Shown: one piece after another, positions 38,901 to 51,779 of the stretch
Position numbering within the stretch: the stretch's first letter is position 1
Layout of the letters: the number at the start of each line of letters is the position of its first letter
Source: Bispira polyomma
Taxonomy: Eukaryota
NCBI GenBank assembly: GCA_965649765.1
Contig: OZ287748.1
Location: forward strand, 43,524,001 to 43,588,000
Direction of reading: 5' to 3'
DNA length: 64,000 nucleotides
Made by a program: the position numbers and the translations under genes
Notes under the pieces: model-generated
Told to the model about the DNA's origin: nothing
Databases searched by the model: none
What the model saw: only the letters and a program-made list of their open reading frames with translations

Positions 38901-41900
38901 TTATATGCTGCACGCTAGAATGATCTATCGCAAGATATTAGGTGTTGTCATTTTCTTTTAACCTTCATAAGCAAGCTCAAGACCTGTCCCTATCAAAAAG
39001 CTTATCCCTCCTGACATGGTTTTACCATCAGCGGTTCACTCTCCGGTAACCTCCCAAAGTATTTTCCCATGACATTTCTTGTTATAAACAGTTTGTAATA
39101 ACAATAACAAAAACATTTAAAAATTTCTTGTAGAGTTTCAGACTTCAAAAATATTTTTGATTTTTTTAAAGAATTTTTCTTTCGAACATTTTGTTATGTG
39201 TCCATTTAAATGAATGAAACCAGTCCCTAAGGTAGTGTCAAGTTCAAAGGTGATATTGGCCAAGGTCAAGTTGATATTATTTGATATTATTTATTGGTAG
39301 GATGGTATGAAGTGTAACACAGGTAATGAAAAGATTCCGTTTGAGGTTTTATTATTCACATATTAGTTTCTCTATATGAACATTTAACAGTTAGATAGTT
39401 ATTAAAGATGCTTAAAATTATAAAAATTGTATAAATATTAAAGCCACATAAGGCACGCTTGACAATAACAAATAGCTCAATCCAAGCTATACAAATCAGT
39501 AATACACAAATAGATACATAATGCCTCTAACACAAATATAAAATAATACTCCATAATAATAGGACTAGCCATAACATATGTAAACGTAACTTCGCGTAGA
39601 ACTGAGGCTACACACATGGCTATTATTGCTCGTCCATTTCACTTTGTATTCTAGACCAATTACAAGAATCACACTTGGGTACGCTTACTCCTATACAAGG
39701 CATACACTCCAACATGTTATACAGATGTACCCTTATTAGGTGGCCATAAGCCAGCCATAAACAGTCATACTAATTCTAAAAAGTCATGTCATTGTCATTA
39801 TTTAAACTTTGCCTGGTGCAAGGAGCCCGAGACCCGGGCCACCTAATCGCCTAGCAGAGAGTCCTGCCTTTTGGAGCTCCTATTTAACCCTGGCCCCCTA
39901 GACATGTAGCTCAAGGGGGTTAGGAGACAGGATCCACACGGGCTATAGGCTCTGGCTACCAAGGCAATTTTTAACATTCTGTAATTCAACATGTCATAAG
40001 TCATGTATTAAGACGTGATGGTCATGCCTCTCTGCCATCCGTAATCCCTATAGGATTCGGAGAGAGGCTGCTAGTTCATTACTAAATTTGTCACAAGTCT
40101 TTGTATCTGATAACTTTTAAATACTGGAAAACTTTATAATAGCTTAGGTAAAGGGGAGGGGGTGGGAAAAATAAAATGTACTTGTTGTTGCTTCAAGTTT
40201 CAATATGGAAGCTTAAATTAGCGGGAACATAATTAAGTAGCTTATGCTGTGATTGGTTGAATTGTTGATTGACAGGAGGTCAGCATAAAAGAAGTCTAGT
40301 CAAAATAAATGTTTTAAGGTTGTACAGAAGTATTAACCTGTGGACTGAGGTAGCAGTGCCCTAAAGGTGTTCTGCTTACCAAACCAACAGAAATCTTATC
40401 ATTGCTGAGAAAGAGTTTGCCTGTTGTTTTTTCCAAAATTGTACTCGAATGCATATCTCTATATCATTTTTGCTTGTGAGTGATAATTATTGGCCAAAAC
40501 TTCAAGAATGTTTACATTATGCTCATATATGCATTTCATATGTATTATATACTCTTTCAGCTTGTTTGTTTCATATGTCCTTATCCATTTTCTTTCAGAG
40601 TCAGAGCTACTTCGGATGTGTTCAGCATTTACTGTTTTTTCCACTTTAATTAACTTATATCATCCCAATTCAGATGTCCATTTCTTCAAAAACAGGCAAC
40701 GAGAATGTGAATGTCTTGTGATTCCTAGCATGCTTAAAGTTAAAGTCAAATTGGAAAAACTGTTATTGGCAAATGTTAATACCACCAACATTATATACGA
40801 CCACATAGTATATGAAACACTACGATTTGCTGGCTATTTTAAGCGAAATCTAACTAAATGGGAGAAGGAATATAGCAACATAACAACGACTGTAGCCACC
40901 AATGAAGTAGTATTTTATGAAAATTTTCCTAATGTGTCGATAACCTTCACAAAGATAGGATTTTCATCAAATGGATTATTTCATATTACTTTGGAAGGTA
41001 ATACCCTAGATGTTTTGTATCTGTGATAATTGCAGTGCTTGTAACAATAAATATTCTAATATCACGTTTTATTTGATATTTTTTTTTTTTTCTTTTAAAG
41101 CAAATCCATCTTGCTAAAGCTTCTTTTAAATATATTAGCCTGCAAAATTGTTTAAAATTGCAACTTAACAAGCTTATTAGAAATTGCTGCTTCAGTAATA
41201 TGAATACATTTCTGAGGTATTTGCTCTTTGAAAAGGAAAAAATATATATAACATAAATCAACCTAATATATTTATAATTGTAGATGTAATCCTTCTTACT
41301 TCCTTATGTCAGTCCTGTGGTACTTTTTACATGTAGGTGTAATGTTTACAATTTCAATGGAATTTCGATTACAATAACTAGTCAGTATTATGTGTTTATA
41401 TTTAACCAGGTGATGATTTTCTACACCTTACTTGCTACAATATATCAACACGTAAACAAGACTACACCACTGACAGCAGTGAGTCACCCACACACACAAA
41501 TGCAACATTAATTGGCTTAACCACCACGTCAGTGTCTAATACAGAAACTACACAAACTAGTTTTAAACCACCAACATCTACAGAATCAGTATCACTCTCT
41601 ACCCAGAAATTGCCACACTTAACCTCATCAAAAGGCACATTAGGATATTCAACTGAAGTTTCTTTAAAGATGGATTCCTCTGTGAACCAGGATTATGGAT
41701 TGACATCACCAAAAAGTGCCATGTCAGATTCACGTGAAAACAACCAATCCTCCAAGACATGGACAGGTATGTAACATAACATAAATAGGTAATTAATTAA
41801 TTCACAGATAAACAAGTGTGTTATCTTGACACTGTACTCCAATCATGTTGACTCCATCACTGATATTTCAGTGTTCGATACAGAGAATAGAGAAAGTAGT

Positions 41901-43595
41901 CTCACGGCATCACTGTCAGAAGTACTTGTATCATTAGTTTAGTTCAATCAATCGATATATTTAACATCATTAGAAGGTACACCAGTGATACCACATCCAT
42001 GAATGTATTTTAGTTCCATCAATCGATATATTTAACATCATTAGAAGGTACACCAGTGATACCACATCCATGAATGTATTTTATTGCAAAATTATTTAAT
42101 TTAACTTGTGTTTTTACAGGTATGTTTAGTTCAATACATAAATATGATATATTCAACATTATTGGAAAGTAAAAAAGGTCATTTAAGTGATACTACATCT
42201 GTGAATGTATTTTTTGTTTAAAAAATTATTAATTTGACTTGTGTTTCCACATTCTTATAATTGAATACACTTTATATATTGAAGGTTGGAAACCTTTCTG
42301 TTACATTTTACATAATAAACATGTGTCAAACATGATTAAATTATAAAACCCTGAAGTTTCAATGCTTATGTTACAAATAGATAGTTTTGGTAGATGACAA
42401 TCTTACATATTTTTTAATATTTCAGAAAGAACCTTTAAACCTGCCTTATGACAATAAGTAAAACTGTTGTAGGGTCTTTTTAGAACAGCATCTTTAAGAG
42501 TTCTCTGAACCAGGCCTTTCTGAGTACTGTTATTTCTTTATCTTATGATGAAATTCCGTATAAGGGTTAGTGCATTATCGCAGGCTAGAGGTTCGGAATT
42601 TAGTCATTCACAGATTGTCCTACAAAATATAGACTAATATGATTGTGATTTATCCAATTTTGTTACTTAAATAAGCGTTAGTGCATTAAATCAGATATTC
42701 AAAACTAAGAGTCTTTCTCTTGGAGAGTTATTTCAACAATAATGTAATATGCAATAATGTTTAGGTGTTATAGCTGGTGTTGTATCCTGTGTGATACTGT
42801 TGCTGATATGTTTTGTAACTGGGGCAGCCTGGTGGTACAAAAGGTATGTCTCTTATAACTCATTCATCAAAAGAGAGAGGACCAGGGCCCGTATTCTTGA
42901 ATGTATACTCAGCTTAAACTCATACTCAACTCAAATACAGGACATGTGGAAATCATTGTACATGGAAATAACCTCTACTTGTGACCATTCGTTTTAATAG
43001 AGATTTTAACACTGAATTCAAATATGAAGTCAGATTTTAGATATTTTTGCTGTATCCAGAATTGTAGTGAATCCAGATTTGAGTTGAGTATACGTTTGAG
43101 AATACCAGCCCTGTTATTTATTAAAGCCATCAAGGAAAATATTCATTATTTCAATGTGTAACGTGTTAGTTCTTAGAACAAAAGTTACTTTATTTTTACT
43201 CTTAATAGAAAATTGGGCCGTTTTAGATTTTATGGTATTTTTTCTTAGGAATTGGTTATTATAATATTTTGTCTTTCAGGCATCAGAAAAAGAATAGCCC
43301 ACAAAAACATACATATGAAAACACATCTGCTCCAAGCATAGAGGAGACCAGTCTTGATACAACTGGATTTGCAGATATAACATCAACATACATTGACAGA
43401 CCAAATAAGAGTGAGGATGTTTGTATACACTATGGCGAGGAAGCAGAAATAAACACAAATGAGAATGTTCTAGAAAATAGTGCTGCAGAATCAGTTGTAA
43501 GAGAAACTGAAGGTCACTATGCTCCTCTGACAACATATGAAAATATACCTAGAAATACACAAGATAACATGTTAACCAATGAGTATCAAATGTGA
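35902..43595 (+). CDS. Receptor paralogue copy 3, intact 499-aa type I membrane protein: signal peptide, SUEL-lectin-like domain, Cys-containing domain 2, S/T stalk, TM, Tyr-motif tail
   Basis: Exons 35902-35959, 36669-36959, 40599-40997, 41410-41766, 42765-42843 and 43280-43595. All introns are GT-AG, phases 1,1,1,1,2, giving 1500 nt with no internal stop. Splice sites are conserved in the paralogues. TM: VIAGVVSCVILLLICFVTGAAWWYKR. Confidence 0.82.
37910..39010 (+). mobile_element. Degenerate L2/CR1-like LINE RT fragment in intron 2 of copy 3
   Basis: Motifs DLCAAFDTIDH, LAWFNSYL, FYAEDTQLY, LKLNPDKTEF and FKTATLVFK. Related to 51780-52860. Confidence 0.85.
39700..40380 (-). repeat. Second copy of the structured-core repeat
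   Basis: The reverse complement aligns with 23020-23500. Confidence 0.7.
41935..42085. repeat. ~71-bp tandem duplication in the stalk-TM intron of copy 3
   Basis: tcaatcgatatatttaacatcattagaaggtacaccagtgataccacatccatgaatgtatttta occurs twice. Confidence 0.85.
42886..43110. mobile_element. MITE with GGCCCGTATTC TIR and CWG target site (PIF/Harbinger-like)
   Basis: TIRs ggcccgtattc / gaataccagcc, flanked by cag and ctg. The empty site is visible in copy 2 (gaggaccag|ttgttc, ~20105). Confidence 0.8.
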
Positions 43596-44180
43596 GTGTT
43601 GGGCTCCAGCTTCCAGAGTGCCACAATATAGCTTTTTACTAATTTGGGGATTTATTTGAAACTATAACCAACCAAATTTAATTCAAAATTAACGTTCTGT
43701 GAACAATTACCTCCACTGCAGAAAGCATTGAGGGGGTAATGTAGTGTAAGTTCCTTTCTCAGGAATAGTATGTACTTCCAGGGGAATGTAATATTCTCCT
43801 TGGGGATTGGATTTACTAGCATGCAAGCGTTTATCTTGTATATAATTTAGTGATATACTGATTAGAAAATAATAATGTTCTCATGTAGTGGACATAGTTT
43901 TAATATGATTGTGTATGATGCACAAATGTACAATAGACTAGTGCAAGATTTATGTTGGAATATAATGATGTATAAAATTACTTTGCATCTTAGTTTGTAT
44001 TATAATGCAATACTTTGTAATGTGATGCCTAGGGGTGATTAACGTATTTCATTATTGATTTATATTTTATTATATAACTTTTAACATGTTCTTAGTATAT
44101 TTTATTATGTAACCAATATTAGGCTGTGAAGTTCTCTCGATTAGAAATTCATGGAGGTTATCTTGTTGGTCACTTCGCTT

Positions 44181-46146
44181 ATTATGTACTAACATGTATA
44201 GTGTTTGGTATAGAGATGTAGATAAAGTAATACAAATATAAATGATATTATGGTGTTCTCTCTAGATTGGGGGGATTAGGGGGGGCGGGGGGGGGGGGTG
44301 TTGCTGTAACCACTTTTGATCAGTTCACAAATCAGAATGACTTGGCGATGACCCTGTAAAACCCACCTTTTCCCCTTTTTAGGACTTGTCACTTGGCTGT
44401 ATACTTCAGTAAACATGGAGGCTTCATATATTTTTCAACACAAAAAAACATGTGTGTGGTGTTTGTTAATTATTCCTGGTGTAGTTGTTATGGGTTTTTT
44501 CTATTGGAAAACTAAAATGACCAATGTTAATTTATACTGGTGGGCTGACACCGAGGTGTCAGCCCCCTCAGTTCTGGTACCAGGCTACTGGGGGCCAATT
44601 AGGCCACCTGGGGTCACGAGGGCACATATATAAGGGTTTGGCGCCAACCAGCGCCATCATTAAAACTTCAACTGGTCAAAGTGACAGTGCTTTTACAATT
44701 GGGCGTTTACTACCCTTTTTAATATTTTAAAGCTTTTAAATTCTGTCATGGCTCCAAAACGAGAATACCAGTGTAATGCATGTATGGGGAGACATGAACG
44801 CCCTGTGGGCAAAAAATGACGATTTATTGATGCCAGCGTCGCCGAGGATGTACCTACGGTTGAATCCAGTGCTGGTCAGTCGGATTCGGTGTCTGAGCTA
44901 ATTTTACAACAATTGCAGTCTCTCAATAGTAAAATGGACAGCATGGATCAATGCGTTAAGATGACGGAGGCGGCGCTGTGCACACCCAGCGCCAATAAGG
45001 CTAGTATCTTACCTACTACCAGTGCTAATGTAGTTTCCAATGTTGTTACCCCAAGTATAATTGAACCAGTGGTGGAGGCAGTAGTTCCGTCTCTAGATTT
45101 TCTGCGGTCAAACGAAAATTTACAAAACCAGGTAGACCAATGGCTACTCCAGCTCCAGCAGCTCAATCAACTGACTGGAGCAGGTAAACTTAAGTCCCAA
45201 CGTGGGGGTACAGATGCTCCAATCAAGAAGGCAGTCGATTGGCCTCAAAATTTTGTGCTCTCGGGGGCTAAGAAGGTTAGACCCACCTACAACGACTTAA
45301 CCTTGGTTCAGTTTACTTTGGGATTCATAAGGTGTGTGCAAGAACAAAAATTCCCGGAAATTAAAGAAGCCATGTTGGAATATTGTGCCAATCTTATGGA
45401 TGACGCACACGACTTTTCGTGGGAAGCTGCTAAAGATTCCCATGCCATCCTTTTAACCAACACGGAATTGGACCGCCTTAAGTGGACCGATGTGGACAAG
45501 GTCGATCGAATCCGTCGGGCACATGCCCAACGTCATATATCGGGCAGTTCCAGTAGTGGTACGGGTACCAAATCCATTGGTAGTAAAACAAAGTTGCCAA
45601 GCAAGAGTCAGGGCGTGATATGTAGATTTTTTCAGGAGGGGACCTGTAAGTTCAATGCTACTCATAGAACCTCCGGTCAACTCTTCAAACATTGTTGTGA
45701 AACTTGTGATGGCAGCCATCAAACAAAATTGTGTCCAAAAAAGTAAAAAAACTAAGGGCCCACTGCAGAAATGCAGTGGGGAAACCAGTATTTAGCCATT
45801 ATGTATTAACATGTATAGTGTACTGTATAGAGATGTAGATAAAGTAATACAAACATAAATGACATTATGGTGTTCTCTCTGACTTGGGAGGATTAGGGGG
45901 TGGTGGGGCTGTGACCACTTTTAATCAGTACACAAATCATAATGATTTGGCAGATGACCCTATAAAACCCACCTTTTCCCCTTTTTAGGACTTGTCACAA
46001 GGCTGAATACTTCAGTAAACATGGAGGCTTCATATATCTTTCAACACACAAAAACATGTCTGTGGTGTTTGTATATTTACTCCTGGTGTAGTTTTTATGG
46101 TTTTGTTTTACATTGGAAAACTAAAATGACCAATGTTAAATTATAC
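44181..46146 (+). repeat. ~350-bp direct repeats (44181-44537 and 45798-46146) flanking the gag fragment
   Basis: The two copies align throughout with scattered mismatches and include the host intergenic motif atacttcagtaaacatg. Confidence 0.85.
44536..45790 (+). mobile_element. Ngaro-like element 3: 5' end plus gag only (pol and YR missing)
   Basis: Starts ACTG-N29-CAGT. gag 44748-45755 (MAPKREYQCNACMGRHERPVGKK*, KLKSQRGG, DRIRRAHAQR, CRFFQEGTC) has two premature stops and ends in a slippery site plus hairpin. Confidence 0.85.
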
Positions 46147-48110
46147 CTATTTGTATTGTGTTGCATGCTCACATTCTATTGAAGATTCCAATAAAAGAAA
46201 AGAGAACAGACAAAACAAAATTGATATGGGGCATAACATAATGTTACTGCTTCTCAAATGGAGTTTACTTGATAAACCTTCCAATCTTAATAAAACACTC
46301 TGTAAAAATCTTCCCACTGTCATATCTGATAAACTGGTGGCTCAAGTCTCATTTTATTGTGTCACAATGCCAACATTTAATAAAAAGTGAACAATATGCT
46401 TGAAAGGGTCGTGGGAAAATACATTTTGAAGTAATTTTATTTGGAGAAGTATGAGGTTACATAATAAAATTGTGTGTCTGTGTGTAAATATAGATATATA
46501 TGTGTGTGTTTGTTCACCAAGTGCTTTATGTTAACCTCAAACTCATAGAACGGTGTGTGATTTTGCTTATGGCTAGATTATTTTTAACTCAATGCAGTTG
46601 TGATGTGTTTCTTGGATAAAAATAAATATTATTTCCAGCCATAAGCCTTTTTCTGCAGTGACCTTTTAGCTTCAACCTTAATACCTCAGTGATTACAACA
46701 ATGTTTAATGAAGACTCTTCTTTGGAAACTTGAGTGAGTCGTATCTTTGTTTAGTACTCCATGTATAATTTACCATTTATAATTTACTTCCTTGGTTGAA
46801 AAACACCCATTGGGGTACCTTAACGTGTTATGTTTCCCTCATTATAATATTATATTCATGTTGAATATATTTAAAAGCAAACTGGTTGTAACCAAGTTAT
46901 TATCTGAAAGCCTTCAAGTGATTAATAATATATGTACTAGTAATATTTGTTAATTTTAAATCAGATACTTTATTTAGACTTTTCACAAGGGATAAAGATT
47001 AGCTATTTTTGATGATGACATTAGTGATTGTGTTTATGGATAGATTATTTGTTACTTCAATACATTTGGATGTGTTTATTGGAGAAAAATTAAATAATAT
47101 TTCCAGTTATCAGCTACTTTGGAGTGACCTTTTAGCTTGAACCTAAATATCTCAGTGATTACAACAATGTTTAATGAAGACACTTTGTTCGAAACTTGAG
47201 TGAGTCATATATTTGTTTAGTACTCAACTTTTTTATACCATGTACAATTTAATTCTTTTTGTAGAAAAAGCCATTAGTGTATATTGGCGCGTACATTCTT
47301 CATTGTGATGTTATATTTATATTGTATATATTTAATAGATGACTGGTTGTAACCAAGTTATTATCGGAAAATTTTTGAATATTTATTAATACATGTACAA
47401 GTAATATTTGTCAATTTTATATAAGACCCTTTATTTAGACTTTTCACAAGGGATAAAATATTAGCTATTTTTGCTAATGAAGCTAAATAATGGAAGATAA
47501 TTCCCACTTAACACAAGCTTTTTAGCAACAAATATGTAAGTAAAAATATGTGACACTAAAATTTCTTGAAATTGTAAATTAGTGACTGGATAAAATTTGG
47601 CTTGCATACAGTACTTGTATCTATATAAGCACTTTTTATCAGTACACAATTCATATATATTTCAACTCACAAAAACTTAGCTGTAGTTTTTATTAATTTA
47701 TTTCTTGTGTAAGTTTACAAAATTTGTTTTGTATTGATATAACTGTGACAAAATAATATGTTTTGGAAAATACACAGAAGTAAAACTTTAAAACAATCAG
47801 TATAAAAAAATTTACTAAGATTTGCATCCAATCTGAATATTAGAAAGAAATATATGAACATGTTAAATATCAACTAAAACCAACCTACCAAAAGTTTACA
47901 AGACTCTTAAAGGTTTCTCCCAAGCACATAATTTGTTCAATGTCAACAAGTGCATCTTTTTCAAAGTAATGACTATATTGGCCCATGACATAAACATAAA
48001 CATATACGTACTGTGTCTTTAAGACAGGCAGTGATCCATTGAATTTTATTTTTTATATTATTTCAATTCACACAAAAAAATCTCCTAGATGTTAAACTTT
48101 TAATTGTGTA

Positions 48111-48953
48111 CGGAAAATTGGCCTCCTGGCAAACTGGCCTTCTAGAAAATTGGCCTCCTGGAAAACTGGCCTCCCCCAAATTTGTGGTGGTGGAAAATTG
48201 GTCTCCCTGAAATTTTTTAATGTAAAACTGCAGTTGACTAAACACTAAAGAAAAAAAGCATAACACATTTTTTTACATTGACAACACATTAATCACATAA
48301 TAATTAAATAACCTAATACCTAGTTAAGTTTATTACACAAAGATATAAATCAGTTAACATAGCATAGAAAGCAATATAATACATACTATAACTTTGTCAT
48401 CTTAACCAACCTTTATACAATAAGTAGTTGTACAAAGAAATAAAACCTTTGGTCTTGCAATCCTGAGTATAGTTCAATCACATACTGCTGTCTTTGAAAG
48501 TAGATGTAACATTTAGATATTTAAAATTGTGAGAGTATTATTTTGCAGAAATGGTAAAATTCACAATTTATTGAACTTTCTATATCTTCAATTCTTTAAA
48601 TATTTTGATTTCCTATATTCTCATAATTTACACAAACATTTTGCAAATGTTTAATATGTTTGTCTCTGAGTAACATTCAATTGAAAATTTTTCCTCTGAA
48701 CTCCAAATATTAAATTACTATTATCAAATTTACTTCCACATTGTTAACAACATAATCAAAGAACACTTTTCTATCTCTATGATAAACTGTAATAACAATT
48801 AAAACATGCTGTTCATCTTCTATAGAATTTGAATTACACCTTACTCCATTATTAATTAAAAAAACTTCAGGGAGGCCAATTTTCCACCCCCACAAATTCG
48901 GGGAGGAGGCCAACTTTCTAGGAGGCCAATTTTCTAGGAGGCCAATTTTACCG
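48111..48953. mobile_element. MITE/non-autonomous DNA element with repeated subterminal 17-bp motifs
   Basis: Left end (g)aaaattggcctcct repeated about 5 times; right end ggaggccaatttt about 4 times in inverted orientation. Confidence 0.8.
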
Positions 48954-49374
48954 GATTCACTTTTAATACAAAAGAAAGTAAATATCTCACAAAACCTTTT
49001 TCGGTTAAAATATTCATACACAATTCAAATAAGCCCAACAGTGTGTTACTTCCTAAATATATTTAATGATAATCTTTGTTAGCACTAGATTATGTCAAAA
49101 AGTCTAATATATATTCTTCAGAATCAGGTATAAACACTGGTACAATTAGTCAGCACATAGCCTTGCTTAAGGCTGAAGTTTGTTCCAAAGCCATTTTTAT
49201 TCATTTAAAAAAGGCATATGAATGAGTTTGTGCATTTAAATTTGAAAGACGTGTGTATACCTTTAATTTATCAACATCTACTCATATCAGTAACGGCTAT
49301 TACCTATTTCCTTAAATAACAATATACTAAATTAAATGTAAACTTATTCTAAATTAGCTAAAAATTCATTTCTG

Positions 49375-49491
49375 GGCCCGTATTCACTAATGGACTTAGC
49401 CAAGTCTTAGGCTTAAATCAATGCTTCGTTAAATCTAATATACTTTTGTGCTAGCCTAAGACTTTACTAAGTCCATTTGTGAATACGGGCC
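49375..49491. mobile_element. 117-bp foldback MITE with GGCCCGTATTC TIR and CTG TSD
   Basis: ctg|ggcccgtattcactaatggacttag...ctaagtccatttgtgaatacgggcc|ctg. Confidence 0.85.
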
Positions 49492-51779
49492 CTGACAAAC
49501 ACAAGTCTTGAATAAGACTTATGTTGTGAAATTTAAATGTTATTACATGCAAATTTTATATAAATAAATGAAGCAATGTAAACATAAAAAGAAAAAGAAA
49601 AAAGAGAAAATATGACCACAAAGTTGATGAGGGCTCAACATAATATGAGTCATTCTTAAATATAGTTCATACACATGTCCTTCCTTAATATAACATTGTG
49701 TATGTTTTTCCCCTATCGCACCTGCTGAAGTTTGGCTCAAGTCCCATTTTAGTCGACCCATATTCAATTTATGTGTATAACTAGCTCAAAATTAAGAAAC
49801 AAACAAAATAAAACTAAAAACATAAAACCAATGTATAAAGTAAATGTAAATATAAACGTGGATTTCACAATATAATTTTCCCTGGTGTTACTTCTTCAGA
49901 GCCACGTTTTGCAATGTGTGGGAAAATGTATTGTCCTTCCTCACAAAGAGAATGGCTGTATGCATGGCTGGATAGACAGAGTATATAATTGGTCAACTCG
50001 CCGCTAGGTGCTAAGGTGGTTATATAATAATTTATGTTATATGGGGGAACTGAAGTAAGAGAACCCTTTATGGTCGTGCTTGCCAAAGTCTCTTTACACA
50101 CGGAAAATGTATAAAAGACAAAAAATATGCTTGATGGGGTTGTGAAAAAACACCTTTTGAATTAATGGAAATAGTTACCATTGTTTTTAGATTAAAATTG
50201 GTTCATTGTAATTTTTATATATTGCTATATTACTTCTAACTATTGCTATAACAACAAATTTAATGGGTATGTTGTCAGCCTCCTCAGGGATCAAAATTGA
50301 AATATAAAAACAATACCTTATCAAACAGATCGCAGAAAACAGGCCTTTCCAGTATTTGAAGTCAAGGATAATGATGTACAGTGTCTTACAGACTCAATCA
50401 TTTGTATCTTTAAGTACTTATTTCAGTAGGGCCTACGTCATTGTAGGTTTGGGAGCTTTACAAATTGTGTTAAAATTCATAAAGATTTTGTTTAGGTCTT
50501 ATTTTGTTCCTTTTATATATATTTTTCAGGTACCTGTTTTATACCACAACTGATAGTCAATTTACGGCTACCTAAATACCCTTAATACCCTGATCATCTA
50601 ATGATAGTAATCAGATATGCACAAAGCTTATAGTTTATAAATTAGGAATGTTGTAAATAAACCAATATTCCCCAATTTTTGTCACTTTAACGACAAGACA
50701 TTTTCACTGGGGATAAATTTTACTAATTTTACTTGAATAAGGCTTTTACTAATGGACTTAAATAGTAGAAATTAATTCTACTAATATTCCTGACAATTTA
50801 AAATTACTGAAATTTTATTTTGACTAAAATTTTCACTTATATACTGCCTCACTGTATGTAATCACATTTTATCAGTATGCAATTCAGAACCACATGGCCA
50901 AACATTATATAAAAAACACACTTCCCCTTTCTAAAGAGCTGTCAGTTGGTTTTATACTTCAGCAATTATCGAGGTTTCAGTTATCTTTCAACACACAAAG
51001 AACCTGGTAGTAGATTTAGTTGATTTATTTTCTGGTGTAGGTTTAATATTTTTAGTATTTATGTAACTGTGATATGCTTAAAAATGGCACAGAAATTATA
51101 TTTTTACTAATCAGTGTGAAAAATCTGATAGATATTTTTATCCACTCTTCTTTCAAAACTGACTATTGTAAGACAATATATGAGAAGTTGATACATAAAT
51201 TAAGCCAGCCTCTAAAAACGGTAACATAACTATTCCTGAATGATTATTCCCAAGCATATAAGTTTAGTTCTTGTTAAGGTCCTTGTTGTAAATGTTTGTT
51301 TATGTCTTGAGAGTTTTTAAAGACAATCACACTAGCTATGAAATATGCATTCGAATATTAAAGGAGTTTTTATGTGTTTGTTTTAATGTAAAATAAATGT
51401 CACATTTTTTTTAAGCTGTATATGATTTAAGAATATATTCTATACTTTAAGAATTAATTATCACAATACATGGTAGTAAAGACACATAAATTGCTCAGTG
51501 TAAACAAGTGCATTTTTTCAAAGTAATGACTATATTTATTTCACAGTATAAACATATAGGAGATATAAGTACTGTGTCTTTAAGACCACCAGGGATCTCT
51601 TGAATTTTCAGTGTACAATAACATCACATAGATGTCTCATAAGCAGATAGTTCAGCGTATATAACTTAGAGATATAGGAAGTAAAGCTTTATGCAGTGTA
51701 ATCATTTATCCACAACTTAGATAAACCTGTATAAACAGTGTGTACAATGTGTCACTCTTTAAGGGTCATCCTACGGCTG

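Noticed and set aside
43705-43745. Hairpin resembling the element 3 frameshift stem (ccactgcagaaa)
   Set aside because: Only a 12-nt match, with no slippery site or gag homology nearby; insufficient evidence.
44181-46146. LTR retrotransposon or TRIM
   Set aside because: No TG..CA ends, PBS or TSD. The repeats contain local intergenic sequence and the gag is YR-element type.
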